A model generated the notes under the pieces. It worked only from the letters and a program-made list of their open reading frames with translations, was not told where the DNA came from and ran no database searches. From positions 6,303,322 to 6,367,321 of the forward strand of contig OZ242315.1 in assembly GCA_965207975.1 (NCBI GenBank): 64,000 bases of DNA, written 5' to 3'. Positions 55,107 through 64,000 of the stretch are shown one piece after another. The stretch's first letter is position 1; every line of letters starts with the position of its first letter. The position numbers were made by a program, and so were the translations under genes. This DNA comes from Candidatus Poribacteria bacterium. GTDB lineage: Bacteria > Poribacteria > WGA-4E > PCPOR2b.

Positions 55107-56058
55107 CTGGTATTCCTCTTTCGCCTCCCACGCTTTGAACGAATATCTCATGAAGCGTAGGTTCCATCAGTTCAAATCGAGTGATGTTCACCGATGCCTC
55201 AACGAGTTCCCGCAAGAGGGGGGTATAGTGTTCCGGGGCGTTTAGCTTGACCTCTACATATTGACCGAAGTCATTACACCTTTCGACAAATCGGGAGTTT
55301 TTAATCAGATCAACATTTCCAGAGTATTCAATCTCCACTGAACCTCTACCGAAGGATTTTTTAATTTCCCTCAAATCTCCTTCGAGTACAATTTTGCCGG
55401 CGTTTATTAGACAGATCTTTTCACACAACTTTTCAGCCTGTTCCATGATATGTGTAGAGAAAATGATGGTCGCACCATCGGTGTTGAGTTCAAGCATCAA
55501 ATCTTTTAGTAGCGTCATATTGATAGGGTCTAGACCGGAGAAGGGTTCATCGAGGATGATTAACTCAGGTTTGTGGATGACCGTGGCGATAAATTGGATC
55601 TTCTGCGCCATGCCCTTCGATAGTTCTTCTATCTTCTTATTCCGCCACTCGACCAGATCCATCTTCTGGAGCCAGCGGTCTATTTCAGCAGAAGCGTCTG
55701 CACGGCTCATCCCTCTTAATTCTGCCATAAAGAGTATTACATCTTTCACCTTCATCTTTCGATAAAGCCCGCGCTCTTCCGGCAGATAGCCAATCTGATC
55801 CGCAAAATTCCCACTCTGCTGATTTCCGCTAAAGGTAATCTTCCCAGCATCCGGCGCAATGATATCCATAATCATGCGGATGGTGGTCGTTTTACCGGCA
55901 CCGTTGGGTCCGAGCAAACCGTACACGGATCCTTTTTCAATGTTAAAGGATACGCTGTCAACAGCTTTGAAGTCTCCAAAGTACTTACTGATGTTTTCAA
56001 CCTGTATTATATTTATATTGGAGTTCTCGTTATTATAGATCCATTTCGAGTCATCCAA
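55096..56058 (-). CDS. ABC transporter ATP-binding protein (NatA-like, with DUF4162-like C-terminus)
   Basis: 320 aa. Walker A GPNGAGKTT, signature LSKGMAQK, Walker B LIILDEP. Confidence 0.9.
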   Translation of the reverse strand: MDDSKWIYNNENSNINIIQVENISKYFGDFKAVDSVSFNIEKGSVYGLLGPNGAGKTTTIRMIMDIIAPDAGKITFSGNQQSGNFADQIGYLPEERGLYRKMKVKDVILFMAELRGMSRADASAEIDRWLQKMDLVEWRNKKIEELSKGMAQKIQFIATVIHKPELIILDEPFSGLDPINMTLLKDLMLELNTDGATIIFSTHIMEQAEKLCEKICLINAGKIVLEGDLREIKKSFGRGSVEIEYSGNVDLIKNSRFVERCNDFGQYVEVKLNAPEHYTPLLRELVEASVNITRFELMEPTLHEIFVQSVGGERGIPDAE

Positions 56059-57586
56059 GCATCAGTGCCCCTAGCTCTGCTTCATTTGTCTGCGATGGCT
56101 GAAGAATACCGGCAATTCTTCCGTTATACATCACAGCAATCCGGTCGCTCAAACTCAAGAGCTCTTCCAAATCGACGGAGATGAGTAGAATTGCCTTGGA
56201 TCGGTTGCGGGCATCGATTAATTGTTGATAAACAAACTGGGCGGCATTAATGTCCAAACCGCGTGTTGGGTGTGCGGCAATGATAAGTTCGGGATCACTT
56301 TCCAGTTCGCGCGCCACAACTGCTTTTTGCTGATTGCCGCCGGAGAGGGTCCGAATTGGGAGATTGATACCTCCTGCCCGGATTTCGTACTTTTTGATCA
56401 CATCATTTGCGAATTGATGGGCGGTTTTCCGCTTCAACAATCCGTGTCGGCAGAATGGCGGCTGACTGTGGCTGCCGAGAATCAGGTTTTCATCGACCCG
56501 GTCATCGAGACTGATGCCGTGGCGATGTCGGTCAGCGGGTAGATGCACCACACGCCTCCGCCGAATCTCAGCCGGTGATCTATTCACAATAGATTCGCCA
56601 TTGAGGGTGATGGTGCCACTTTCGCTTTTCCGCAATCCTGTTAGCACTTCAACGAGTTCATTTTGTCCGTTTCCCTCCACCCCGGCGATCCCTAAAATTT
56701 CCCCCGCGGAAACGTCGAGATTAATCCCGTCCAACAGAGCCCGTCCGTTCTTGGTGCGGAGTGTAACATCTTCGAGATGTAGCATGGATTCGCTAGGTTT
56801 GTCGGATCTTTTCTGGTGTGTGCTATCGTTGAAAGTTTTTTTGCCAATCATCAACTCGGACAGTTCAGTGCTATCTGTCCCCGTTCTGGGAAGTGATGCA
56901 ACGGATTTGCCACTACGCATCACTGTAACTGTGTCAGCAACTGCCATTACTTCACTGAGTTTATGCGTAATCAGAATGATGCTCTTTCCCGCCGCCTTCA
57001 ATCCGCGCAGGCAGTTAAATAGCGCAGCAACCTCCTGTGGCGCAAGTACTGCTGTGGGTTCATCAAGGATTAAGATCTCTGCACCATGATAGAGAGCTTT
57101 GAGGATTTCTGCATACTGTTGGGCACCAATCGGGAGGGTGTCCACCGTGGCATTCAAATCGAGATGGAAGCCGAGTTGTTCGGCGAGCCCTGTGATGGTA
57201 CGGTGCGCTGTCACAGTGTCGAGAAGGGTTTTGAATCGGCGTGGCTCTTTCGCTAGGATTATATTTTCGAGCGCAGTCAATGCAGGGATGAGGGTGAAGT
57301 GCTGCTGCACCATACCGATGCCGAGTTGAATGGCGGTGCGAGGGGTGTCGATACGGACCGGTTCATCCCGAAAGTAAATCTTCCCTTCGTTCGGTTGATA
57401 GAGTCCGTAGAGGATCTTCATCAACGTTGATTTCCCCGCCCCATTTTCGCCAACGATGGCGTGGATTTCGCCGGGGTGCAGCGAGAAATCTGCTCCATCG
57501 TTAGCCAGAACTGCGCCAAACCGTTTGGTGATGCCCTGCATTCTGATGAGTGGTGGGTTAATCATGGGGAGAGTTCGCAGATCCAA
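56051..57586 (-). CDS. Tandem-domain ABC ATPase (CUT2 / nucleoside-sugar importer type)
   Basis: 511 aa. First half GENGAGKST...ILILDEPT. Second half with degenerate Walker A GVEGNGQ and signature LSGGNQQK, as in RbsA/YufO-type ATPases. The track start is a TTG; alternative ATG at 57565. Confidence 0.88.
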   Translation of the reverse strand: MDLRTLPMINPPLIRMQGITKRFGAVLANDGADFSLHPGEIHAIVGENGAGKSTLMKILYGLYQPNEGKIYFRDEPVRIDTPRTAIQLGIGMVQQHFTLIPALTALENIILAKEPRRFKTLLDTVTAHRTITGLAEQLGFHLDLNATVDTLPIGAQQYAEILKALYHGAEILILDEPTAVLAPQEVAALFNCLRGLKAAGKSIILITHKLSEVMAVADTVTVMRSGKSVASLPRTGTDSTELSELMIGKKTFNDSTHQKRSDKPSESMLHLEDVTLRTKNGRALLDGINLDVSAGEILGIAGVEGNGQNELVEVLTGLRKSESGTITLNGESIVNRSPAEIRRRRVVHLPADRHRHGISLDDRVDENLILGSHSQPPFCRHGLLKRKTAHQFANDVIKKYEIRAGGINLPIRTLSGGNQQKAVVARELESDPELIIAAHPTRGLDINAAQFVYQQLIDARNRSKAILLISVDLEELLSLSDRIAVMYNGRIAGILQPSQTNEAELGALMLG

Positions 57587-57605
57587 GGGCTGAACGGCTG
57601 AGACT

Positions 57606-60600
57606 TTATCCGCTGCGTCTCATACCGCGATGCCAATGTTTGATGAGGTTGGATGGGATTTCGCGTAGGAAAATCGAGCTACCGCGCTCATAGTCCCCCT
57701 TGCGGCGACTAGCAGACGTTAAGTAAAGCCGCTCTTGGGCACGGGTCATACCGACGTAAAAGAGGCGACGTTCCTCTTCAAGTTCTGAGAGGGGTTGATC
57801 GGATCGCCGAATCGGGAATGTCCCGTCCTCCATGCCTAGGATAATAACGACGGGAAACTCTGTTCCCTTTGCTGCATGTAGCGTCATCAACGTAATCTTA
57901 TCCATTTCAACTTCCACTTCATCGGCACTGTTAATCAGTTTCTGATAATCGAGAAAATTAGTGAGACGTTTTTCGACACTGATGTTTTCAAAGTGTAAAA
58001 CACCATTCATAAATCGGGCACGTTTCGCCTCCCAATCCCTATCTTCCGGTGACTCTTCAATCCGCGCTCGGATCAGTGTGTCAATGCGGTCTCGAACCGA
58101 TTGTTGCTCCATAGGTTGCAAATCTGCCATGAGCCAATCCAGCTCTGGACGATGTGTCTGAACATAGCGCGCAGCGGTTTGGCAATAAATCTTTATTCCA
58201 CCTTCTGTCTCTTCGCTTATTCCGATGTCCTGTCGGTCCTCTTGTGCAGCAAGGATTCCAATACCGACCAATGGTAAGAGTTCGGGTAGAGATTTAAGTT
58301 CCCGACGGCGCAGATCTTCTTTGATTAGTTCATCAAACACTTGGCGATTGATTTGTACGTCCTCAATCGCTCGGTGCATGGTCTGATGCTCGATATTGAA
58401 TTTGGTGGCGAGAGCTTCTAAACTGCAGCTTTCGCGTGGATAGAGACGTTGTGCTGTAGCAAGGGTATCATAATAGGGGTTGGATAGTCCACGTTTCAGA
58501 TATTTGCCGAGGTCGCGTTCAAGCACAAGGTTGTCGAATTCAGCGATATTGTGTCCGATGAGGATGCGATCTTGGATAAAGCTCAAAAACTGTGGTAGCA
58601 CTGTCTCAATGCTTGGTTCATTTGCCACAGTTTCATTGTTAATGCCGTGGATGTGCGTACTCGATTGCGGAATCCTGCCCGGCGGTTTGACAAACTGATG
58701 GTAGCTTTCAAGATCACTACCTATTGCGCTCAACCGATTTGCACAGATTTCAATAATCTCAGCAGTTTTCGGATTATTATCAATTGTTTCGAGGTCATAG
58801 ACGATCATATCCGCACGGTTTGGCTGTTCAAAATTGCTCAAAAGTCGCTGGCACAGTTTCAATGCAGTCACACTGCGAGATTGACTGAGTTGTGATCTAT
58901 TGAGTTGGATGACGTTTGCATCTGTGCTGATCGCGGAGCCGAGTAGAATGGTTGTTCCTTTGCGTTCAGGCAGCTCTCCAAAATCTCCAATGAGGATATT
59001 AGCTCCACTTTCATCCATTGTCGGATTCGGAGGTGAGTCAAGAGGGAGCAGGTCTATATCAATCGAGAGATTGAGGTATCGCTCTAGCGTCAGCCGAATG
59101 ATGTGGGCAGCGCAGTAGGAATCGATCCCGTAGCTTGCAATCAGGTGGATGGGTTCCCCGCGATCAATCACGCTATACAGCGTATCCGTCGCAGCGCGGA
59201 GTCCGGGGATTTCTGGCTGATTTTCAATTTCACGTATGTCTTCGGATTGGTACGGGCTGCGTCTATTTGACAGGAGATCGAAGAGCTTATTTGCAGTTGT
59301 GTGGATCTGTTCTTCCTCAATCCCTGTACTAAAATCATCAATTTGTTGGAAGAATCGACGCACATTCCAACGGGTCAAGGGACCGGCATCAGATGGATAG
59401 TCATCAATCTTTCTGAGCAGCTCAATTAGTGTTATATTCTTCTGTTGTGTGAGCCATTTCAACCGGACCAGTGTTAGATCGTCGATTAGCTGCTGGGGAA
59501 AGTTGACTGCTTTTTCCATATCACGGGGGAGTTGCCACTGGATGAAGCCCAGATAGGAGAGAATTCCCTGTGCATACTCCTCTTGAAAGGAGTTCGTTCG
59601 TCCAATACGTTGAAACCCAATCCGATCTTGATGCAGCCGATCTACTAACGGTTCTGCTAATTGGTGGGTGCGGTAGAATACGGCGATGTCCCCGTAGGAG
59701 TAGTGTCTGCCCTCCACAAGTTTCCGAATCAACGTAATAACCACGTTTGCCTCTGCATCGGGGGTGTCTAGTGCGTAATGATAGAGTGTGTTGCCAGCAC
59801 CTTTGTGTGTTTTTAGAACACTCTCTTTCTGGCGTGTGTTTTTGGCGATCACCGCTCCCGCAGATCGCAGGATCCGTTCACTGCATCTATAATGTTCCTC
59901 TAACTCGACTACTGCCGGCTTGAAATCTTTCTTGAATCGTTCGATATATTTGGGGTCAGAACCCCGCCAGCTATAGATAGACTGATCCTCGTCCGCAACG
60001 ACCATCACGTTATGTTGCGGTTCGCGAGCAAGGAGTTTGAGCAGTGCATATTGTGCGGCGTTGATATCTTGGTATTCATCAACAAGGATGAAGCGGATAT
60101 CGTTGTGATACTTTGCTTGCACAGTGGGCACCTGATCAAGCACTTCAACAGATTTGGAGATCAGATCGTCAAAATCGAGAGCATTGTGAGAGGCAAGTTT
60201 TGTCTGGTAGGCTTTGAGCAGGTCTAGAATGTCTCGTACTTCCGCTGGATTGTTGATAACTGTCCCATCGTCCAGCAGAATTTCATCTCGGTTGGTGGTT
60301 GGATCTTCCAATTTCATCTTGTACGCGCCGATGATGTTACGCAGCATCCACGGCGGATAGGTGAACCGGTTTTGACCAAGTTCACGCAGACACTCGATTA
60401 GCACCTCCTCCTGTGTCTCCTGACTGAAAATCGCAAAGTTTACCCCCAAGCCAATTTCTTCTGAGTGCTGACGGAGCAGACGGACGCAAAAGGCGTGAAA
60501 GGTGTGGATACGGACTTCTAACCCTTGTGTTGTACCGAGCAGTTCTTTGATCCGATCAAGCATTTCCTGTGCAGCTTTATTCGTGAAGGTAACGGCAAAA

Positions 60601-60767
60601 ATCTGTTGAGGTACTATCTGATGGTTTCGGATAAGATGTGCAATTCGGTGGGTAATGACATTCGTCTTGCCCGTGCCCGGTCCTGCTACCACCAGCATCG
60701 CACCGTCGGTATGGGCAGCAGCTTGCTGTTGTTTCTCATTCAGTTCTTGTAGAATTTCCATAGTCAT
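57606..60767 (-). CDS. UvrD/PcrA-family SF1 helicase with embedded DEDDh (DnaQ-like) 3-5 exonuclease domain
   Basis: 1053 aa. Helicase motifs AGPGTGKT, VDEYQD, YRC, and C-terminal TLHAAKGTEFPVV and LFYVGMTRAQERLYL. Residues ~654-815 (nt ~58323..58808) carry Exo I DLET, Exo II GHNIAEFD and Exo III HRAIEDV. Confidence 0.9.
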   Translation of the reverse strand: MTMEILQELNEKQQQAAAHTDGAMLVVAGPGTGKTNVITHRIAHLIRNHQIVPQQIFAVTFTNKAAQEMLDRIKELLGTTQGLEVRIHTFHAFCVRLLRQHSEEIGLGVNFAIFSQETQEEVLIECLRELGQNRFTYPPWMLRNIIGAYKMKLEDPTTNRDEILLDDGTVINNPAEVRDILDLLKAYQTKLASHNALDFDDLISKSVEVLDQVPTVQAKYHNDIRFILVDEYQDINAAQYALLKLLAREPQHNVMVVADEDQSIYSWRGSDPKYIERFKKDFKPAVVELEEHYRCSERILRSAGAVIAKNTRQKESVLKTHKGAGNTLYHYALDTPDAEANVVITLIRKLVEGRHYSYGDIAVFYRTHQLAEPLVDRLHQDRIGFQRIGRTNSFQEEYAQGILSYLGFIQWQLPRDMEKAVNFPQQLIDDLTLVRLKWLTQQKNITLIELLRKIDDYPSDAGPLTRWNVRRFFQQIDDFSTGIEEEQIHTTANKLFDLLSNRRSPYQSEDIREIENQPEIPGLRAATDTLYSVIDRGEPIHLIASYGIDSYCAAHIIRLTLERYLNLSIDIDLLPLDSPPNPTMDESGANILIGDFGELPERKGTTILLGSAISTDANVIQLNRSQLSQSRSVTALKLCQRLLSNFEQPNRADMIVYDLETIDNNPKTAEIIEICANRLSAIGSDLESYHQFVKPPGRIPQSSTHIHGINNETVANEPSIETVLPQFLSFIQDRILIGHNIAEFDNLVLERDLGKYLKRGLSNPYYDTLATAQRLYPRESCSLEALATKFNIEHQTMHRAIEDVQINRQVFDELIKEDLRRRELKSLPELLPLVGIGILAAQEDRQDIGISEETEGGIKIYCQTAARYVQTHRPELDWLMADLQPMEQQSVRDRIDTLIRARIEESPEDRDWEAKRARFMNGVLHFENISVEKRLTNFLDYQKLINSADEVEVEMDKITLMTLHAAKGTEFPVVIILGMEDGTFPIRRSDQPLSELEEERRLFYVGMTRAQERLYLTSASRRKGDYERGSSIFLREIPSNLIKHWHRGMRRSG

Positions 60768-60842
60768 TACCTCATTTCAATATGTTTTTGGTTAATCATA
60801 TTTTAACATATTGATAAAAATAAAGCAAGTAAGAATTATGAT

Positions 60843-60863
60843 GCGTGAAACGTGATACGTGAA
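60843..60863. repeat. Tandem heptamer array (RCGTGAW)x3
   Basis: GCGTGAA ACGTGAT ACGTGAA, 76 nt upstream of the helicase start. Confidence 0.8.
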
Positions 60864-60956
60864 AAATGTCCCGTCCTAAAATAGGTTTACATAAAACTCC
60901 CGGTTCACGGTTGATTTATAGCGAGTTCAAGTAGGGGCGAGGACACCCTACCTCTA

Positions 60957-60988
60957 CGGTTTCTATTGCACGATTTCTTAGCATGAGC
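60957..60988. repeat. Palindromic element family P, partial copy (right arm only)
   Basis: CGGTTTCTATTGCACGATTTCTTAGCATGAGC corresponds to the right arm CGGTTTCTCTGTGCAC..TTTCTTTTGACATGAGC. It is preceded by a REP-like hairpin, GTAGGGGCGAGGACACCCTACCTCTAC. Confidence 0.6.
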
Positions 60989-61068
60989 GAATCTCTTAAT
61001 ATGAGTCAATATCCGAAAGGGGAAGAAATGCGGCAAACGTATGGTCATACGCTTGCCGCTGACTCTGA

Positions 61069-63018
61069 TTAATCCGTCGCTAACGCTTCAAGGGCGTTTA
61101 GGTGCCAGTCTGGATCTTCCAATGCTTCGTAGACAATCCCACCTTCGACGTTCCGGGGCGTGGGGAGTCCCAACAGATGGCAGAGCGTCGGTGCTACATC
61201 AATGACCCGCACCTGTCTTTGGAGGGCTATACCTTGACGGACACCCGCGCCGGAGAGAATAAATGTCGAGTGCTGCCCGCCGATACCGAAGCTGACGGAC
61301 GGAAGTTGTTTGCCGTGCGCGCCATCGAACTCCGGGCGTAAAGCGTAGACCACATCCCCCACAAGGTTGCTGGTGAGATTAACCATCTCGGCATCTGCGT
61401 GGGTCAGTGCGAGGGTGAAAGGATGTCTACCGGTTTCCGGATCTTTATAGGCGTGAAGCGCGGCGATGATCTCACGCTGCGTTGCCTCATAATCGGCGGA
61501 ATCAACAATGCCTTCGGGTTCACGACCCTTGAGATTGATGAAGATATGCACCAAGCCAACATCAACAGCACGGGTCTTTGACCAATCAATTTCTCGTGTT
61601 CCCTCCTTGTAGACGATGAAGCCAGTCTCTTCTAACACTTCGGAGATATTTACGGAACGGAATTGGTTTGGTGTCCCGCCGTGATCGGAGCAAACAAGGA
61701 TAACCGTGTCATCGTCCGCGAGTTCCATCACACGCCCGATCATCCGATCGGTCGAAGCGTAAGTCCGAATAACGCCATCTCGACACCGTTGGATTGTTTC
61801 GGGAGGTGCACCACTTATTTCGTCCGCTTGACTCAAGAAGAAGTGGCTCGTGTAATCTGGCGCGTGGGTTTCCACCATAAGAATATCCCACTCATGTGTT
61901 TTTGTTAGGAGTTCTGCAACATCGGCAAGACGCTCATGGTGGTATTCTAAGGATTCAAAATAGGTGTCATCGTCGATCACACCCAGGGCATCTCGTCCGG
62001 GGTTTTGACGAAAAGGGCTAAGTTCTTTGTCGATCTCCAACGCAATTTCGGTGGGAACGGTATACCCCTCGCGGGGCCAGATCTGCGGAACGAATAGTTC
62101 AAAGGCATCCGCAGTCGGGGTCAGCGTAATCAGTTTCATGCGTACATACCCCTCAACATCAGCTCCATCAATCTCGAAGGTATCCAGCCACAAATCGCTC
62201 CAATCTCCTACACCCAGTTCTGTAACGGTATCATTTCCCGATCGGCTTCGACATACCCGCACGCGATCGTAGCCGTTTTCACCGGCAGCGTAAATCAGTC
62301 CGAAGAAGGGTTTAGGAGTCCCCTGTTTGCCACGGTTCATATCTGCCCGTCCGCGTGTGAGCGGTTGGATTGTCAATTCAACCTCACGTGGCGGTTGCGT
62401 CGAATCGGGCAGATATGTCCACCCCTTTCCGTCAGTCGATTCTACCGTGACCGGATCGACCTCACTAACGTCCTGTAATCCACTTGGATCCAATGTCTCT
62501 GGATCTCGTTCTCCACCAATTGGACGCGGTGTCCATTTTCCACTAACGAAGAGGTGATAGCCTGCAACCTGATGATGGTTTGATACGCCTGGTCCCGTTC
62601 CTTCCACCTGGATACCAGTCGTTACGGTGGGGGGCCAGGACATCTCCCACTTGACGAGGATCGGTTTTCGTCCGGCGCGTTCTGCCAGATTCCAGAGATA
62701 TTCGGATTGACACAGCCCTGTATTGATCCCCCAAACGGTTTTATCCAACCGTTCCCCTAAAGCACGAATATTAAAATCCATAACACGGTGGGTGCCGGGC
62801 CAGGAGCCGGTACTGAGTGCCGTCCACCCTGGCGGGGTCAAGGTTGGAAAAACACCAATCATAGGGCGAAAAACCCCTTGCTCTCGCAGCTTCCCCATAT
62901 TCGGGGCGTGTCCCCAATCGATCACATTGTTGACTAGTTCCATACTCGCGCCATCCATGCCGATTACAATCGCACGTTTCGCCGGAGACAGATTTGATAC
63001 GTTAGAATTCGTAGGCAT
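61069..63018 (-). CDS. Alkaline-phosphatase-superfamily enzyme (type I phosphodiesterase / nucleotide pyrophosphatase-like)
   Basis: 649 aa. IVIGMDGAS, FPTLTPPGWTALSTGSWPGTH (nucleophile Thr region) and VCSDHGG motifs. Confidence 0.75.
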   Translation of the reverse strand: MPTNSNVSNLSPAKRAIVIGMDGASMELVNNVIDWGHAPNMGKLREQGVFRPMIGVFPTLTPPGWTALSTGSWPGTHRVMDFNIRALGERLDKTVWGINTGLCQSEYLWNLAERAGRKPILVKWEMSWPPTVTTGIQVEGTGPGVSNHHQVAGYHLFVSGKWTPRPIGGERDPETLDPSGLQDVSEVDPVTVESTDGKGWTYLPDSTQPPREVELTIQPLTRGRADMNRGKQGTPKPFFGLIYAAGENGYDRVRVCRSRSGNDTVTELGVGDWSDLWLDTFEIDGADVEGYVRMKLITLTPTADAFELFVPQIWPREGYTVPTEIALEIDKELSPFRQNPGRDALGVIDDDTYFESLEYHHERLADVAELLTKTHEWDILMVETHAPDYTSHFFLSQADEISGAPPETIQRCRDGVIRTYASTDRMIGRVMELADDDTVILVCSDHGGTPNQFRSVNISEVLEETGFIVYKEGTREIDWSKTRAVDVGLVHIFINLKGREPEGIVDSADYEATQREIIAALHAYKDPETGRHPFTLALTHADAEMVNLTSNLVGDVVYALRPEFDGAHGKQLPSVSFGIGGQHSTFILSGAGVRQGIALQRQVRVIDVAPTLCHLLGLPTPRNVEGGIVYEALEDPDWHLNALEALATD

Positions 63019-63301
63019 TATAAGTTCCTTTCTTCTGAGATTTCTAGATTTCTTGATGGTTTAGGCTGATTTTATCACAACTCTGTCAATCCGTCGATCA
63101 CTAGAGATTTACAATTTGAGATTTACCACTTGTCAAGAATAGGGCAGATCGAGTATATTATCATAATGCAATCTATGATCTGAACGTTGCTGTAAGCTGC
63201 GTTTCTAAATTTATGCTTTTACAATCGTTGGAATTGATCTAAAATCAGGTACTATAATGTGTTTCACCTAATCTATGAATTAAGAAATACGGAGAAAAAC
63301 T

Positions 63302-64000
63302 ATGAATGTAGTTCCAGACGAATTTATCCGCGTGATGCCAGATGCACTCCGAGGCTTCATCAGTGAAGCTTTTCAGAAAGCGGGAACCTCGGAAGAGGAT
63401 GCTGCACACATGGCTCATCTGCTAGTTCTCACGGATCTACGCGGTGTGTTCAGTCACGGTACGCGCCAGACACCGGGATATGTGGATATGATGCTTGAGG
63501 GCAAAGTAAATCCACGGCCAACCGTTCGCTGTATTGATGAATCTCCGACGACGGCAATCTACGATGGCGATGGCGGCATGGGACATTTTGCCTCGTATCA
63601 CGCTGCGAAGGCGGCGGTGAAAAAAGCCAAAGAGATGGGGCTAGGTGCCGCAACGAGTCGGAATCACTTCCATTTTGGGAGTGCCGGCAAGTATACACGG
63701 CTCGCAGCTGAAGCGGATTGTGCCGGATTTGCGGTCTCTTGTCACCGTTTTCGCCACAGTCCCGATGGCGTGATTGCTACCGCAACAGGGGCTTCACCGA
63801 TAAGTTTTGCGATCCCGGCGGGTGATCAGCCGCCAATAGTCGCCGATATGGCAACCGGCATTGATGCCAAGCTGCCATTGGAACAGGCGTTTGAACAGAG
63901 TCCCGCTGCTTTCTTCAAGATGTTGGGTTTGAGTCATGTGAGCCATGCGCTTGGAGGGTTTATGGCAGGCATTTGGTTGTTCGACAAACCACCGGATCCT
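63302..64000 (+). CDS. Ldh_2 family (malate/L-lactate/sulfolactate-type) dehydrogenase, 5-prime part (runs off the window)
   Basis: My translation from the ATG at 63302 (after GGAGA): MNVVPDEFIRVMPDALRGFISEAFQKAGTSEEDAAHMAHLLVLTDLRGVFSHGTRQTPGYVDMM...NHFHFGSAGKY. The SHG and HFG motifs are typical of Ldh_2. Open to the window end. Confidence 0.85.
   Translation, partial: MNVVPDEFIRVMPDALRGFISEAFQKAGTSEEDAAHMAHLLVLTDLRGVFSHGTRQTPGYVDMMLEGKVNPRPTVRCIDESPTTAIYDGDGGMGHFASYHAAKAAVKKAKEMGLGAATSRNHFHFGSAGKYTRLAAEADCAGFAVSCHRFRHSPDGVIATATGASPISFAIPAGDQPPIVADMATGIDAKLPLEQAFEQSPAAFFKMLGLSHVSHALGGFMAGIWLFDKPPDP

Noticed and set aside
63228-63258. Possible promoter with a perfect TATAAT (63253..63258) upstream of the Ldh_2 gene
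   Set aside because: No acceptable -35 hexamer lies at 16-18 nt spacing (TTGATC is 13 nt away, TTGGAA is 19 nt away). Left uncalled.

Overview
Bacterial chromosomal window with about 50 densely packed protein genes. I recognised no rRNA, tRNA or CRISPR array by eye. Core content: trpB, def, rpsU, groES-groEL, pspA; six Gfo/Idh/MocA oxidoreductase paralogs; an apparent oxidative sugar-acid operon (amidohydrolase-2, IlvD/Edd dehydratase, CMD, Gfo); several hydrolases; an FGE/SUMF1-type enzyme; and eukaryote-like repeat proteins (ankyrin, TPR, PQQ/TolB propellers). This mix is seen in marine or host-associated heterotrophs, but the taxon cannot be fixed from the sequence alone. Accessory content: (1) an EcoRV-family R-M pair at the left edge, in an AT-rich patch; (2) a translationally coupled XRE-ImmA/IrrE + HicA + HicB cassette beside an orphan SMC/ABC-type AAA ATPase, in a repeat-filled islet at 10.0-14.4 kb; (3) an IS982-family element that cleanly split a gene (5-bp target duplication, reading frame restorable); (4) a 42-codon remnant of an MmeI-type R-M enzyme; (5) a DUF2283 gene with a decayed upstream partner; (6) a UvrD-family helicase carrying an embedded DEDDh exonuclease, followed tightly by three ABC genes. 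The most unusual signal is in the DNA itself. Intergenic regions hold several families of short structured repeats: a ~91-bp palindromic element, MITE-like units bounded by a 12-bp TIR, REP-like hairpins ending in CTAC including a perfect 28-bp palindrome, GC hairpins nested inside one another, tandem RCGTGAW heptamers that supply the stop codons of two genes, and a ~130-180-bp element with a conserved 31-bp core. The best candidates for an undescribed system are the XRE-ImmA/HicA/HicB plus AAA-ATPase islet and the helicase-exonuclease/ABC cluster. Both are inferences that need database and experimental checks.
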